Made by a program: the position numbers and the translations under genes | The notes under the pieces: generated by a model | Told to the model about the DNA's origin: nothing | Databases searched by the model: none | What the model saw: the letters and a program-made list of their open reading frames with translations, nothing else | Shown: one piece after another, positions 48,711 to 57,506 of the stretch | Layout of the letters: each line of letters opens with the position of its first letter | How positions within the stretch are numbered: the stretch's first letter is position 1 | Assembly (NCBI GenBank): GCA_030141605.1 | Contig: JAQGDQ010002418.1 | Location: 1 to 57,506 of the forward strand | DNA from: Tubiluchus corallicola | Lineage: Eukaryota; Animalia; Priapulida | DNA: 57,506 nucleotides | Direction: 5' to 3'

Positions 48711-50066
48711 ATGGGGGATGGATTTTTCATAGTTGAGAGGTACTATAACGATCCTGTAGGCTATGTGAGGGATATTCTCAAGGCTGAGCCTGACGACTGG
48801 CAAAAGGATGTGTTAAACTCCCTAATTACCTCAAGCAGGATAGCCGTAGCTTCGGGACATGGTGTCGGTAAAACGGCACTTTCTTCCTTTATCATTCATT
48901 GGTTCATATCAACCCGCCCAAATCTTCAAGGTGTTGTAACTGCAAACACAAAAAATCAACTGGACACAAAAACTTGGCGTGAACTGGCAAAGTGGAACAA
49001 ACGAGCTCTAAACGGTCATTGGTTCGGTTACACAAGCACAAAGTTTTATCTGAAGGACAGTCCTGACACCTGGTTTGTGGCTTCTATCCCCTGGAGCGAA
49101 CGTAGTCCCGAAGCCTTTGCCGGCACTCACGATGAGCATGTTTTAATAATATTTGACGAAGCTTCCGCTATTTCTGACACCATATGGGATGTGACGGAAG
49201 GGGCGATGACGAGCGGTGGTGCCCGTTGGGTAGTTTTTGGCAATCCGACGAGAAATTCGGGCAGATTTTGGGAGTGTTTCGGCAAGTTTCGCCACAGATG
49301 GAAGACCTATCACATAGACTCAAGAAACACAAATCTTGCAAATTTTGAACAGATAAACAGCTGGGTGGAGGATTACGGTGAGGATTCTGATTTTGTCAGG
49401 GTTCGCGTAAAGGGGGAGTTCCCCAGAGCTGGGGTGAATCAGTTTATATCTGATGAAGTTGTGGAGCGTTGTATCTCTTGCAATCTAGATGAGAGGGATT
49501 ACAGGGGTTATACGGTTGTTTTGGGTGTGGACGTTGCCCGTTATGGGGACGATTGCAGTGTTATCGTGAAGCGCTGCGGGGCAAAGGTGTACACACCTAT
49601 CCGCTACAGGGGGATCGACACTATGAGTTTTGCCGCGCACATCTTCGATGAATGGAGGAGGAGCGGGGCTGAGGCGATATTTGTGGATGGCTGTGGCGTC
49701 GGTGGCGGGGTTGTTGATAGATTGAGCCAACTTGATTTGCCGGTTTATGACGTTCAGAGCGGCTCAACCCCAAGCGATAAACGTCAATATGCCAATATGA
49801 GGGCGGAACTTTGGTCCAGGATGAAAGAGTTTTTGGAATTGTCAGATGTCGATCTGCCATCAGACAGAGTATTGCGGGATGAATTGACCTGCTTGACGTA
49901 TGGCTACAATAGCATGTTGCAACTGCAACTTGAGCGGAAAGAGGATTTAAAGAAACGGGGCTTGTCCTCTGTAGATAGTGCAGATGCTTTGTCATTCACA
50001 TTTATGGATTTTGAGAGAAGGAACAAGTACGGCGCAAGACCCGTCTGTTCATCCGGAAAATGGTAG
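48711..50066 (+). CDS. Phage terminase large subunit
   Basis: Walker A SGHGVGKT, Walker B IIFDEAS, FGNP, RNase H-like LGVDVAR, VDGCGVG and DSADAL. Confidence 0.95.
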   Translation: MGDGFFIVERYYNDPVGYVRDILKAEPDDWQKDVLNSLITSSRIAVASGHGVGKTALSSFIIHWFISTRPNLQGVVTANTKNQLDTKTWRELAKWNKRALNGHWFGYTSTKFYLKDSPDTWFVASIPWSERSPEAFAGTHDEHVLIIFDEASAISDTIWDVTEGAMTSGGARWVVFGNPTRNSGRFWECFGKFRHRWKTYHIDSRNTNLANFEQINSWVEDYGEDSDFVRVRVKGEFPRAGVNQFISDEVVERCISCNLDERDYRGYTVVLGVDVARYGDDCSVIVKRCGAKVYTPIRYRGIDTMSFAAHIFDEWRRSGAEAIFVDGCGVGGGVVDRLSQLDLPVYDVQSGSTPSDKRQYANMRAELWSRMKEFLELSDVDLPSDRVLRDELTCLTYGYNSMLQLQLERKEDLKKRGLSSVDSADALSFTFMDFERRNKYGARPVCSSGKW

Positions 50067-50105
50067 GTCAGGTTACGTGATTTGGTGCTTGGAGGAATAG
50101 AAAAT

Positions 50106-52070
50106 ATGCTTGTGATCAAATCAAATGAGCAGTTAATACTTGAAGAGAAACAGATAAGCGATGCTGAAAGCAGGGAGCAGAAATCCAGATTGAGCTCTAT
50201 TTCTGAATATGTGCTTCAGTGTTGGGAGCTTGCAAAGGATGCAAAGAGGGATGTCGAGGAGCGTTTAAACCGCTCTCTGAATCAGAGGCTTGGGAAATAC
50301 GGGGATGAGACGTTGAGTGAGATACGTTCCCAGGGGGGTACCGAGCTGTACATGATGCTGACGGATGAAAAATGCACTGCGGCGGCGGCTTGGATAGAGG
50401 ATCTGTTGTTAAATCAAGCCGATGAACCTTGGGCTCTTGCAAATACTCCGGTTCCCAATCTGCCCGATGCCATAAAGGGTTATGTGGAAGATGGCGTACT
50501 GCGGGATATACGTGCAGGCATTGAGAGTGGTATCGTTTCGTCGTTGGAGCTGAATGCGAGAAGTGCTGAAGTTGTGAACAAGATTAAGGAATCCATGAGA
50601 GTTGTGGCTCAGGACAACAAGACCGTTTTTGAGAGCGAACTACAGGATATTCTTGTGGAGGCCGGGTGGAAAGAGGCTCTTCGGGATATAATTCCGGACA
50701 TTGTTTTGGGAACGGGGATAATCAAGGGCCCCATCTTTAGAAACAAGAAGGTATTAAAATGGCAGGATAGCCGTCCGGTGGTTGAGTATGACATAGTTAC
50801 GGAGTTTGAAAGGGTGTCGCCCTTTGACATATATCCATCTCCTGTCAGCTGTGATATCGAGGACGGTTATCTTTTTCAGAGGCACAGGCTTTCGAGAAGC
50901 TCCCTCTATGAGCTTATAGGTGTGCCAGGCTACAGCGAGACCGCAATCAGGAAGGTATTGTCCGAGTACAGCGACGGCACTCTCAATGACTGGCTCTCTG
51001 ATGGTATTACAGAACAGACTAAAGACCCCGGTGATGATCGTATAGATGCGTTGCAGTTTTGGGGAAATATTCACGGGAAGGTTCTCTTAGAGCAGGGGTT
51101 TAGCCGCGATATTGTGCATGATGAGCTAGCTGACTACTCTGTGGAGGTTTGGCTTATCGGGGAGCACGTCATAAAGGCTGAAATAAACGGGGATGCACTC
51201 GGTCGCAAACCCTATCACAAAGCATCTTTCAGGGAGGTTTCCGGTTCATTTTGGGGTGTAGGTCTGCCGGAGTTGATATCCGATATTCAGCTTGTGTGCA
51301 ATTCTGCTGCGAGAAACCTGGTAAACAATATGGCGCTGTCATCCGGCCCCCAGGTTGGGGTCGATGTGGGGGCTATCCCTAGGGATGAAAAGTTGACAAG
51401 TCTAAAGCCTTGGAAGATCTGGCAATTTGACATGAGCTATGCCGCCACTTCAAAACAGCCCATATGGTTTTTTCAACCCAATCCTTTGATCAACGAGTTG
51501 ATGAAGGTGTACGAGTTTTTCAGCAATGAGGCGGACAATAAATCCGGAGTACCGAAGTACTCTTATGGCAACGGAAGTGCCGGAGGGGCGGCTCTGAGCA
51601 CCGCAACCGGTATCTCCATAATGATGAACAATGCCACAAGAGGGATAAAGAAGGTGGTTTCAAACATCGACAAACTGATCAAAAGCTCAGTACAACGCAC
51701 GGTGGAGCATCAGCTGTTGTATGGGGATAAGAGTGAATTTGCAGGAGATGTAAAGGTCTATGCTCGAGGCACCAAGGGGATGTTGGCAAAAGAGCTTCTC
51801 CAGGTGAGAAGGAATGAATTTTTAAACATCATCCTAAATCCGGCGGTCGTCAGTCTGATAGGTGAACAGGGGTTAGCTTCGATATTGCGGAGTGTTGCTA
51901 CAGATCTCAATCTTGATGTTGAAAATATTATACCCGACAAGATAGACCTGGATAAACGGGAAGTGATCCGTAAGCAGTCTGAATTGATGCAGCAGCAACC
52001 TTCAAAAAATATCGAAGATGCCATTGATGGAGCCGGAGCCGCTGCAAATGGCGCGGACTATTCTGTCTAG
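50106..52070 (+). CDS. Phage portal protein (podovirus/P22-like)
   Basis: Large ORF after TerL; VSPFDIYP, FWGVGLPELISDIQ, NNMALSSGP and TATGISIMM patterns typical of portals. Confidence 0.85.
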   Translation: MLVIKSNEQLILEEKQISDAESREQKSRLSSISEYVLQCWELAKDAKRDVEERLNRSLNQRLGKYGDETLSEIRSQGGTELYMMLTDEKCTAAAAWIEDLLLNQADEPWALANTPVPNLPDAIKGYVEDGVLRDIRAGIESGIVSSLELNARSAEVVNKIKESMRVVAQDNKTVFESELQDILVEAGWKEALRDIIPDIVLGTGIIKGPIFRNKKVLKWQDSRPVVEYDIVTEFERVSPFDIYPSPVSCDIEDGYLFQRHRLSRSSLYELIGVPGYSETAIRKVLSEYSDGTLNDWLSDGITEQTKDPGDDRIDALQFWGNIHGKVLLEQGFSRDIVHDELADYSVEVWLIGEHVIKAEINGDALGRKPYHKASFREVSGSFWGVGLPELISDIQLVCNSAARNLVNNMALSSGPQVGVDVGAIPRDEKLTSLKPWKIWQFDMSYAATSKQPIWFFQPNPLINELMKVYEFFSNEADNKSGVPKYSYGNGSAGGAALSTATGISIMMNNATRGIKKVVSNIDKLIKSSVQRTVEHQLLYGDKSEFAGDVKVYARGTKGMLAKELLQVRRNEFLNIILNPAVVSLIGEQGLASILRSVATDLNLDVENIIPDKIDLDKREVIRKQSELMQQQPSKNIEDAIDGAGAAANGADYSV

Positions 52071-52080
52071 GGGTGGATTG

Positions 52081-52308
52081 ATGAAAAAAGCGGATGCAAA
52101 GACTCTGAAAGCGTTTTGCAATTTAAGAAACGATTCAGATTTTTGTGTGATCAGGAGCTATTTGATGGAGTGTTTGGATGAGTTTCGGATAAAGAACGAT
52201 ACTGTATTTGAACCCACCCAGATATATAAAAACCAGGGTGGTATAGCATTGCTCAAAAGGTTGCTGTATTTGGCAGAAAATGCCAACGATATGCTTCAGG
52301 ACGAGTAG
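52081..52308 (+). CDS. Small phage head-module protein
   Basis: 75-aa helical ORF between portal and scaffold with IYKNQG; a position conserved in podovirus head modules. Confidence 0.7.
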   Translation: MKKADAKTLKAFCNLRNDSDFCVIRSYLMECLDEFRIKNDTVFEPTQIYKNQGGIALLKRLLYLAENANDMLQDE

Positions 52309-52380
52309 AGGGCTGGCAACGGTTTCCGTTATCAGTCACAAAATGAAGCTTATTTCTGGTGCAAAAAGGGAGGTTTTATT

Positions 52381-53028
52381 GTGCAAAATTTTAGTGGTGA
52401 AGAGAGCTTGCTGCATACTGCGGACTTGTCATCCGGCAAGGATGTAAGCGCCGACGGGGTTGCAGGTGGGGTGAGTGATGCAAAGCTTAAGTATGAACAG
52501 CTTCAGGGCAAAGTGGAGATGTTGACGGGTGTTGTCGAGCAGTTGATCTCTAAAGTTGAGTCTTTTGAGCAGGGGCGTCAAGCCGGTGGAGATAAGCAAA
52601 ATCTGATGAATGATCTCGATGAAAAGATCCCTCTATGGAGGGAGTTCAACGAGGATGAGAGATTTATCGATTGGCTAGCGCAACTTGATCAGGAAAAAGG
52701 GCTCACCAATCGGGAGTTGCTCGATTTTGGAGTGTCGAACAATGACGTGGATCTGATACTGTCGCTGTTTGATCAGTTTATGAAAGAGATAGCGACTACC
52801 GACCCTGAGCCCGTAAAGGAAAAGGCGCTACAGCAGCCCGTGGAGCCCGTAAAGACGGGTAATGCTGCAAACAGCAACCTTCCCGACAAAAAGATGTGGA
52901 CGTCCGATGAAATAGGCAAATTTTACGGTGACCTTGTGCGCGGACATTACAAAGGCTCTGAAAAGAGAGCAAAAGAGATCGAGAAGGACATAGAGGATGC
53001 GATACTCAATCAAAGGGTAAAGGCTTAA
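52381..53028 (+). CDS. Putative capsid scaffolding protein
   Basis: GGAGG RBS; coiled coil, P.W..FN.D..FIDWL, C-terminal IE.DI..A...RV; immediately upstream of the capsid gene. Confidence 0.7.
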   Translation: MQNFSGEESLLHTADLSSGKDVSADGVAGGVSDAKLKYEQLQGKVEMLTGVVEQLISKVESFEQGRQAGGDKQNLMNDLDEKIPLWREFNEDERFIDWLAQLDQEKGLTNRELLDFGVSNNDVDLILSLFDQFMKEIATTDPEPVKEKALQQPVEPVKTGNAANSNLPDKKMWTSDEIGKFYGDLVRGHYKGSEKRAKEIEKDIEDAILNQRVKA

Positions 53029-53053
53029 TTTTTTTTAAGGAGGTTTATTTACG

Positions 53054-53962
53054 ATGTACCCAACAGCAGATGGCCACACGAGCCAATCAGGAAACTATAT
53101 TCCCACTTTATGGTCGGGAAAACTGTTAGATAATTTTTATAAAACGACGGTGTTTGGCGCGATAGCCAACACAGATTATGAAGGAATGATCTCAAGAATG
53201 GGGGACAAGGTTGTCATAACGATGGTGCCCGAATTGCAGATAAATGATTACGTCATAGGGGATGAGCTCGCAAGACAGAAGCCGAATCCGGGCAAGGTGG
53301 AGCTGCTGATCGATAAGGGAAAGTATTACTCTTTTGAGATCAACAGGGTGGAGGAGAAGCAAGCCACGACGGGTTTTGTGGATAAATGGGCAGAAAGTGC
53401 ATCTGAACAGCTGAAGATCGCCATAGACAAAGATATACTTTCAAATATACACCTTGAGGCGTCAAGCGACAATATTGGTGAAAATGCCGGCGCCATAAGC
53501 GGCAATATAAACATGGGCACCGTAGACAAGCCTGTGACGATAGATAAAGAGAACGTAATAGACAAGATAGTCGAGTGTTCCCAAGTGCTTGATGAGCAGA
53601 ATGTACCGGATCTGAAGAGATGGATTGTGATACCGGCTTGGCTTGCGGCGAGGATAAAATCTTCTGATCTTAAGGATGCTTCCATGACCGGCGATGGCAA
53701 ATCTGTCTTGAGAAACGGAAGAATAGGGATGATCGATAGATTTGAGGTCTATCTTTCAAACAACGTGGGCTTTGACGAAACTGCCGGCAAAGTTTTTCAC
53801 GTGATTTTTGGACACAAAAGCTCCATTACATTTGCATCCCAGCTTGTGGAGAATAGGAGAATACCAAACCCCCTGGATTTTGGCGATATACTGGAAGGGC
53901 TGCAGGTGTACGGCTACAAAGTCATAAAGTCGGAGAGCATGGGAGTGCTCACTTGTAAATAG
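53054..53962 (+). CDS. Major capsid protein (P22-coat-like/HK97 fold)
   Basis: NYIPTLWSGKL, NTDYEG.I...GDKV, NGRIGMIDRFEVY.SN, GLQVYG.KV; AAGGAGG RBS. Confidence 0.9.
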   Translation: MYPTADGHTSQSGNYIPTLWSGKLLDNFYKTTVFGAIANTDYEGMISRMGDKVVITMVPELQINDYVIGDELARQKPNPGKVELLIDKGKYYSFEINRVEEKQATTGFVDKWAESASEQLKIAIDKDILSNIHLEASSDNIGENAGAISGNINMGTVDKPVTIDKENVIDKIVECSQVLDEQNVPDLKRWIVIPAWLAARIKSSDLKDASMTGDGKSVLRNGRIGMIDRFEVYLSNNVGFDETAGKVFHVIFGHKSSITFASQLVENRRIPNPLDFGDILEGLQVYGYKVIKSESMGVLTCK

Positions 53963-54008
53963 GTGCTTATCTGACCTTTTGCGTGAAGTGATTATTGAAC
54001 TGAAACGG

Positions 54009-54044
54009 AAGAGCTTTGTCGTCATCGACGGAAGCTCTTTTTTT
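54009..54044 (+). terminator. Rho-independent terminator after the capsid gene
   Basis: AAGAGCTT.GTCG-TCAT-CGAC..AAGCTCTT stem followed by a T-run. Confidence 0.8.
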
Positions 54045-54124
54045 GCCCTTAAGGTGCACGACTTACGGGATGCTTAAGCTTAGAGGATAAAGAAACACCA
54101 CCTGTCACATTGAGTTGCAGATAT

Positions 54125-55201
54125 TTACTTCTGCATCTCTGGTATGAGCTCTTTTGCCTGTTCCTCCCGTACTTCCAGTCCCAACAGCTCTTCATAAGAT
54201 GTGCCCGCTTCGATAGTCCTCCCTATGATGCTGAATATGGCGTCCCAGAAGAACATCTCAGTCTGCTCCATCTTTGAGACGAAGGAGCTGCACGCTTTTC
54301 CGCTTCTGTTGCCGTAGTACGGTATGAGGACGTTTTGCAGCATGAATATGAAGTTTTTACACACCTTGTCATCATTCGGCAAGGATGAGGATATCTCGCT
54401 TATGAGAAGCCCCAGATCTTTTTTGGAGGCGTCGATCGTTTCTGAAACATTCCAATACACCTCTTTTGGCTGAGTTCCGTCCCGCTGCTGTTCTGCTTTG
54501 CTTTTGAGCACTTTGTAGGTGTTTACCGCAGACATCATAGGTGCCATGACGGCTTTGTATGCCCGCAATATCTCTGCAATCTGGACAACTTGTGGAGTAG
54601 TGCTGCTCTTGTGTTTGGTTATGACGAGTTGTGGAGCAGGGTAGTGCCTTGCGTAAGCGTGCACGCCAAACTCCTTGCCTAAGTTGAATATCCTCTTTGT
54701 ACTGATGCCAAAACTGCTCTCGTTCAGAGCCTCGAGAAACTTTCGCATACGGAGCAAAATCAGCTTTATCTCCGCAAGATAGCTCACTCTACTGCGAACC
54801 TTTTCCTCTTCTGTCCTCTTTACGAGCCTGTAATAGTTGTATTCAAATGAGGCAAAGTGATCCCTGCACACGACAAACTTGTCGTGGAGCTGTCTTGACG
54901 CGTCATTCTTTATCCCGAGTCTGTATGTGTATACGTACTGTTCCAGGTACTGCTTTAACCGCCTTATGGTGTGCTGTAATATTACGTTTTTCGCTTCTGC
55001 CTCTTCTGTAGTGCCGTACTCGTATTTCTCTTTGTAGAGCGGAAAGAAATTTGTCTTGTAATAGAGCAGATCCCCCGTCAGCTTCTCCAGCTCCACCATG
55101 GTGTATTTATTGACCCTTGTAACCACTCCTGCGTCATCCAGTTGGGAATATCCCGAAACTGACCTGTCCATACCCTTTACAACATTTTCTAAAATGTCCA
55201 C
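54125..55201 (-). CDS. Hypothetical alpha-helical protein (probable true start ATG 55404 with intervening frameshifts)
   Basis: 358-aa ORF without a recognised motif; upstream GAGGGA RBS plus ATG 55404 opens MSDSNKTLIELAK, which stops after 46 codons. Confidence 0.75.
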   Translation of the reverse strand: MDILENVVKGMDRSVSGYSQLDDAGVVTRVNKYTMVELEKLTGDLLYYKTNFFPLYKEKYEYGTTEEAEAKNVILQHTIRRLKQYLEQYVYTYRLGIKNDASRQLHDKFVVCRDHFASFEYNYYRLVKRTEEEKVRSRVSYLAEIKLILLRMRKFLEALNESSFGISTKRIFNLGKEFGVHAYARHYPAPQLVITKHKSSTTPQVVQIAEILRAYKAVMAPMMSAVNTYKVLKSKAEQQRDGTQPKEVYWNVSETIDASKKDLGLLISEISSSLPNDDKVCKNFIFMLQNVLIPYYGNRSGKACSSFVSKMEQTEMFFWDAIFSIIGRTIEAGTSYEELLGLEVREEQAKELIPEMQK

Positions 55202-55527
55202 GATGGAAGCAAATTCCAGCTGTCCCTCTCTGTATTAGTCTTGCAAATTGCAGTATATGTTTCTCAAATGCGCCATTTCCCTTTTACTATATACGTAGTC
55301 ATTATGTTGCGGACATCTTCCCACAAGGCTTTATAAGTCGTCTCGAGGTCGCTGTCCCGCTTAATTTTGGCAAGTTCGATAAGAGTCTTGTTACTATCGC
55401 TCATATGTCCCTCAAATAAAGCATTGTGTCAATACCTGCTTGCACGCGTCGGATTATACTATAATGAACAGATCCTAGTGTATATACAAAGATCGGTTAG
55501 TGCAACATTAAATGGAGCGTGACAGTT

Positions 55528-56184
55528 ATGGGTAAAAAAGACCAAAAGACGTTATGGATAGTCCCCAGTATGATCGAGTACAACGGTTTGTTTGCAAAGT
55601 GCGATCAGCTCAAAACATTTAAGAATATCCCCCACAGATTGTGGAATGATGATCATCTCATAGTATGCGGCATAGGTAAGGCGAATGCCGCATATGCTGC
55701 GACTGTCGCCCTTTACGAGTTTGAGCCGGATATTGTGGTGTTGGTCGGAATTGCCGGCGCTTATCCGTCGTCAAAGCTGAAGGTCGGGGATGTCGTAACG
55801 GTTGCAACGGAACGTTTTGCAGATGAAGGATTTATGCAAAATGATGAATTGGTGTTGCTTGATGACACATGCCACCCCTTAATAGATGGTGGAGAGGTGC
55901 ATTTTGACACGGTGACGGATCTGCCAAAAGTCAAGTCAAACACGGTCTCCCTAATAGCCAGTAACGAAAAATTCGTCGACTATTACACAAAAAAAGGAGC
56001 AGAAATAGAGAATATGGAGGGTGCATCAGTCGGACTCGTTGTCAGAAATTTCCCGGTGAGAGCATTGCAGTTGAGAGCCATATCAAACTACTGCGGGGAG
56101 AAGGAACAGCAAAAATGGGATTTTAAGCTGGCGATAAATAATCTGAAAGAATATATAATTGCGAAAAAAGATACTTTCCTGTAA
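55528..56184 (+). CDS. mqnB: Futalosine hydrolase (PNP/UDP phosphorylase fold)
   Basis: GIGKANAA, GIAGAY, ENMEGAS, LRAISNY, KWDF. Confidence 0.85.
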   Translation: MGKKDQKTLWIVPSMIEYNGLFAKCDQLKTFKNIPHRLWNDDHLIVCGIGKANAAYAATVALYEFEPDIVVLVGIAGAYPSSKLKVGDVVTVATERFADEGFMQNDELVLLDDTCHPLIDGGEVHFDTVTDLPKVKSNTVSLIASNEKFVDYYTKKGAEIENMEGASVGLVVRNFPVRALQLRAISNYCGEKEQQKWDFKLAINNLKEYIIAKKDTFL

Positions 56185-56185
56185 A

Positions 56186-56641
56186 ATGGGGGATGGTTCG
56201 GTTTATGGGGCTTTTGGAGATTTTGTTTTGAATGCCGTTGTTTGTGAAAGACTAAAGGATTGTGGTCTCAAGGTGACCCCCCAGCGCCTCTTGATTGTCG
56301 ATGAGGTCAAAAGGTCAGGGCACATCAATGTAGAAGAGCTGTGCTTGAAGGTGCAGGATCTTTATCTCTCCATGTCTGTGGCTACTGTCTATAAAAATTT
56401 GAATATCTTGGTGGAAGCCGGGATACTTAAAGAACTATCGTTCCCCGGTAGAAAAACTATCTACGAATTTGAAAAGAATGACGGACATCTGCACTATTCC
56501 TGTACGGTATGTAGAAAGATATTCGACGTGAGTTTTGGCAAACGTGATGAGCTGATCGGATATTTTTCCGGCATTTCAGATCAGGAGATTGCCGACATTC
56601 ACGTGTTGCTTACCGGCGTTTGCGACAGTTGCAAGGTCTGA
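56186..56641 (+). CDS. Fur/PerR family transcriptional repressor
   Basis: LKVTPQR, SVATVYKNL, HLHYSCTVC, CDSC. Start uncertain. Confidence 0.9.
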   Translation: MGDGSVYGAFGDFVLNAVVCERLKDCGLKVTPQRLLIVDEVKRSGHINVEELCLKVQDLYLSMSVATVYKNLNILVEAGILKELSFPGRKTIYEFEKNDGHLHYSCTVCRKIFDVSFGKRDELIGYFSGISDQEIADIHVLLTGVCDSCKV

Positions 56642-56698
56642 TGCGGTAGACCCCCAGGCGCCTCAAGGGTCTGTTTTTGCCCGGGGGCCGGATATGTC

Positions 56699-57506
56699 TT
56701 ACAAAAAGAACAGAGCCAAACTTATAATCACTCCAGAATACAACATCGATATTAGACAGAAACCCATGATGTTTCTCGCTCCCAGACCTGCGATACCTAG
56801 AGCGGGAAGTGCCCAGAACGGTTGCAACATATTTGTCCATGCATCTCCCCAGGCTATTCCCATGGCTGTCTTTGCGGTGCTCGCATCAAGAGCAACTGCA
56901 GCAGGCATGAATATAGGCCCCTGTATTACCCAGTGACCGCCCCCTGAGGGCACAAAAAAGTTAAGAGCCCCAGCAGCAAGGAAGGAGAAGAACGGCAACG
57001 TGTAGCTGTTTGACACATAGACAAATAGCTCCGTCAGAAGTGACGCCACAGATAATCCGTCGGCATTCAGCCCCTGCATCATGCCCATTATGCCCGCATA
57101 AAGGGGGAACTGTATTATTATCCCCGTGGAGCTCTTGACAGCTTGTCTTACGGCTGTGAGTAGGCGTTTGGGAGTTTTGTGCGTTATGATGCCCAGTATC
57201 AGAAATGTGAATATCACTATATTGAGGTTTAGGCTGAAGCCTTTTGTGTAGAAATAGTTTACGATGTACACGAGCCCCATAGCGCCTATTGTCATGGAGA
57301 CTATTACTGAGCTGTCCATCTTTTCTGCCGGGGTTCTCGGGGCGAGTTCTTCCTCTTTTTTGCTATCCTCTTCGAGCAATTTTGGGGATATTGTGACTAT
57401 CTTATCCCCCTTGGGGTGCATTAGTGCGTTTAGTATCGGGAGGGTGAGGATGAGCAGCAGAGCCGGCACTATGTTGAACGGAGCCAAAAGGGTTTCAGTG
57501 ATCGGA
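56699..57506 (-). CDS. atoE: Short-chain fatty acid transporter (5' part outside the window)
   Basis: QFPLYAGIMG, NFFVPSGGGHW, WGDAWTNMLQPFWALP; the frame stays open to the window edge. Confidence 0.92.
   Translation of the reverse strand, partial: PITETLLAPFNIVPALLLILTLPILNALMHPKGDKIVTISPKLLEEDSKKEEELAPRTPAEKMDSSVIVSMTIGAMGLVYIVNYFYTKGFSLNLNIVIFTFLILGIITHKTPKRLLTAVRQAVKSSTGIIIQFPLYAGIMGMMQGLNADGLSVASLLTELFVYVSNSYTLPFFSFLAAGALNFFVPSGGGHWVIQGPIFMPAAVALDASTAKTAMGIAWGDAWTNMLQPFWALPALGIAGLGARNIMGFCLISMLYSGVIISLALFFL

Larger units (their letters stand above)
47404..54044 (+). mobile_element. Phage-derived head/packaging cassette (domesticated prophage remnant, GTA-like or satellite-like)
   Basis: Repressor-HTH-TerL-portal-ORF-scaffold-capsid-terminator. 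No integrase, tail, lysis or att site seen; yccA-like gene on the left, orphan gene then mqnB on the right. Confidence 0.85.

Noticed and set aside
47404-54044. Complete inducible prophage or PICI
   Set aside because: No integrase, replication, tail or lysis genes, and no att repeats or tRNA target were seen.
2336-56936. Numerous antisense and overlapping ORFs in the six-frame track
   Set aside because: They are shadows of well-supported genes on the other strand or frame, with no motifs or RBS.
1-57506. tRNA, rRNA or IS elements
   Set aside because: No cloverleaf, rRNA-like sequence or transposase recognised by eye; tRNAscan-SE, Infernal and ISEScan would be needed to exclude them.

Overview
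This is a bacterial chromosomal window. Gene content and order suggest an anaerobe, possibly Deferribacterota (inference only). In order: a flagellar/chemotaxis operon on the minus strand (fliR-flhB-flhA-flhF-flhG-orf-fliA-cheB-fliM-fliY-cheY-cheZ-like-cheA/REC-orfs), rluD, an 11-subunit complex I operon lacking nuoEFG, ilvE-polA-GAF/GGDEF-hisD, Nudix-hemW-tetraheme cytochrome, an LPS cluster (msbA, GT4, a collapsed GT2 pseudogene, lpxK), further housekeeping genes, and mqnB-Fur/PerR-atoE. The best candidate for an undescribed system is a domesticated, split phage-derived regulon. One part is an intact head-only cassette (CI-like repressor, small HTH, TerL, portal, small ORF, scaffold-like, capsid, terminator; 47.4-54.0 kb) with no integrase, tail, lysis or replication genes. 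The other is a three-gene phage-like operon 14 kb away (33.4-34.5 kb; DUF669-like SSB and a very acidic 63-aa protein). Both sit behind near-identical sigma70 promoters with the same palindrome, TCTTCA-N3-TGAAGA, at the same position between -35 and -10. This is compatible with a gene-transfer-agent-like or capsid-forming satellite-like system, but is unproven. A second oddity is that intergenic DNA is repeatedly built from copies of genes. This includes a cas-less three-repeat mini-array whose middle spacer copies the Nudix-box codons of a gene 8.3 kb away, and arrays echoing gene 3' and 5' ends. A terminal inverted duplication (1-706) and frameshifts in several housekeeping genes suggest some consensus or assembly error. 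All family assignments are from motif recognition; no searches were run.
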